The position numbers and the translations under genes were made by a program. The notes below the pieces were generated by a model, which saw nothing but the letters and a program-made list of their open reading frames with translations, was not told the origin of the DNA and did not search any database. A stretch of 51,068 nt of DNA, counting the filler, from Sphacelaria rigidula (lineage: Eukaryota): assembly GCA_964200075.2 (NCBI GenBank). It is 3 parts of 3 records of this genome, joined end to end, with 100 filler letters (N's around TTAATTAATTAA, not from the genome) between each part and the next. Parts side by side here need not be neighbours in the genome. Positions count along the whole stretch, not along the records: positions 34,116 to 51,068 come from CAXNAA020001203.1; 2 more parts are not named here. One strand, written 5' to 3'. Shown here one piece after another: positions 49,275 through 51,068 of the stretch. Within the stretch, counting starts at the first letter, position 1. Every line of letters starts with the position of its first letter.

Positions 49275-49997
49275 GCCGAGGTAGGCGACCTCCTGCTTCC
49301 CGCTGCAGCCCCAGATGCGATAAGCGACGAGTGGTGTGAGTGCTTGCTGGAGTCGAGAGGTGTGCTCGCGCATGTTCGCGAAAAACTGGGCGTCGTAGTT
49401 GACACAAGAAAAGGTGTGGGCAGAGTTGGTGTTGGCTTGATTCGCGTTGAGTCTGGTATGGCAACGACGGGAAAAATTACAAAAGTGCCTTTTGATATGA
49501 CCGAGGCGTATATTAGTGTAAAACGGGTCCGTACAAATTTCGTCACCAACCACGCATCTCGTTCGCCGCTCATCCTTTTTTACTGTTCCGTGTGTGCAGA
49601 AGTGACTAGAGTTCACAGCACGTTTCACCGAATGATCACACCCCGCTTGCTCTCCGCAATAGATCCATTCGATGGCGAGGGCAATGGGACCGGTGCGACA
49701 TGCACCTGCGCGGACGAAGCGTTCGAACGATGGGTGCCGCACGCGTGGGATACCGCAAAAGGGCTCTTCGGCCTTGCCTTGACAATGTTTTTTGGAGCAG
49801 TCGTGGTAGGCATAGTGGAAGATGAGAATACCCTGTGGAAGACTTGTTTGGCGATTACGGTGCTTCTGGTCGTGTTGGCTGTATGCGCTGCAGCTATCGC
49901 GTGCAAATTCCCGAGTCGCCGAGAGGCTTGTGACGAGGGAAGCCGAAGGGGAGGCCAGCAGGGAAGGCTCGAGAATGATGCTGCCGCCATGGCATGA
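49275..49997 (+). CDS. ROCO terminal exon(s) with two predicted transmembrane helices
   Basis: tcgcag| phase 0, open to TGA; GLFGLALTMFFGAVVVGIV and CLAITVLLVVLAVCAAAIAC; a small in-frame intron may end at 49599. Confidence 0.75.
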   Translation, partial: AEVGDLLLPAAAPDAISDEWCECLLESRGVLAHVREKLGVVVDTRKGVGRVGVGLIRVESGMATTGKITKVPFDMTEAYISVKRVRTNFVTNHASRSPLILFYCSVCAEVTRVHSTFHRMITPRLLSAIDPFDGEGNGTGATCTCADEAFERWVPHAWDTAKGLFGLALTMFFGAVVVGIVEDENTLWKTCLAITVLLVVLAVCAAAIACKFPSRREACDEGSRRGGQQGRLENDAAAMA

Positions 49998-51068
49998 CCT
50001 TTGAAGCCTCATTGACTGCAAGGTACAGCTGTAAACATGTTCCACCGGGAGCTATTTTTCTCTGTGCTTTCCGTTGTGCGGTTAAGTCATATGGCGATGC
50101 AGCCGCTGGGGCAAAAGTGCGCACTTACCAGCCCAAATGAAATAGGAGGCGCAATCACAGCGAATTTGTAGCACTGGGTTGTAGTGACAGATTCGAGGGA
50201 CGGATGATGGTGTGCACGTGTTTACAGGGAGCGCACCCCGAATGTGCCACTTTGGCAAACGCGTTCGGCTATACTCAAGACGGCCCGAGACATGGCAGCG
50301 ATGAGTCACAATGCATGCTGCGCCCGATAGTATTTCCTTTTGGCACGCAACCACAGTTCGTGGAGTGCATTCGGTGGAGCACTCCTGATGAAGATTCGAT
50401 GAACATGGAAGCATGAATCTATCGATTACCGGTACAGCTCACAAACCAGCGATGGATATCCCTTTGAAAAGTACTGCTTTTATGTACAAGCGAGAAAGTT
50501 ATTTTATAACGCATCCGTCGTTTGTGCATTATAAGATTATTCACCGCTGACGGACGTCACGAAGCCGAAACTCTACAGGCAAATACTACTGGTCACCAGC
50601 CGTCGCTCAAGCCCTCGCAGATGTCAATTGAGAGTCAAAACAGTGCAATATCTGAAGTAGATGATCTTCACTTCACCCCAAGTTCCAATTTCTTGACAAT
50701 GGTCTTGGCTGCCAAGAAGTGGAGAGGAGTGATGGGTGACCGTTTTTTCTACACAGTAAATCGATTTGTGTCGATAGCTGCCGCGTGCGTCCAGATATTT
50801 TGCCATTTCGGTGGCGGATGGTATAACATGTGAGGTGCGGCGGTTAAAGGGTCTCATCATTTGATGAATCGGCATCACTATCACTTTAAAAAAAACAACG
50901 AAACAAGCCAGGATGCCGCGAGCCGAGTTTGAGATATCTCTATCGGTTGTCCATACCAAATTTCACTTTCTACCTCCAAAACAAGATTTGCCAAGTCTCC
51001 TTTTTTATTTTTCCCCCTCACACTTTGAACCCCTCCCCTTCCTCGGGATGAGTCCGTGGTCTCAAGGG

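Overview
Repeat-rich, intron-containing eukaryotic DNA. The gene content and style point to a brown alga (Phaeophyceae); this is an inference. The window has two 100-nt scaffold gaps. Two host genes can be built by hand. (1) A minus-strand three-exon SAYSvFN-domain gene (SAYSD1-like, about 271 aa) whose first intron is about 11.9 kb and full of transposon remnants. (2) A plus-strand multi-exon LRR-ROC-COR (ROCO) GTPase gene at about 36.3-50.0 kb with single-LRR 72-nt phase-1 exons and two C-terminal hydrophobic helices. Between them lie a decayed LINE, a decayed chromodomain-type Ty3/gypsy element and many nested MITEs or non-autonomous DNA transposons with readable TIRs and TSDs. The most interesting structure is in the ROCO LRR region. 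Two LRR exons form a 264-bp tandem exon+intron cassette. All 9 exon differences are non-synonymous, while the intron copies are about 96% identical. The cassettes are delimited by a 34-bp 13-8-13 inverted-repeat site with loxP/FRT-like geometry, and degenerate LRR-exon relics appear to lie nearby on both strands. This is a candidate site-directed LRR cassette-shuffling system, and it remains a hypothesis.
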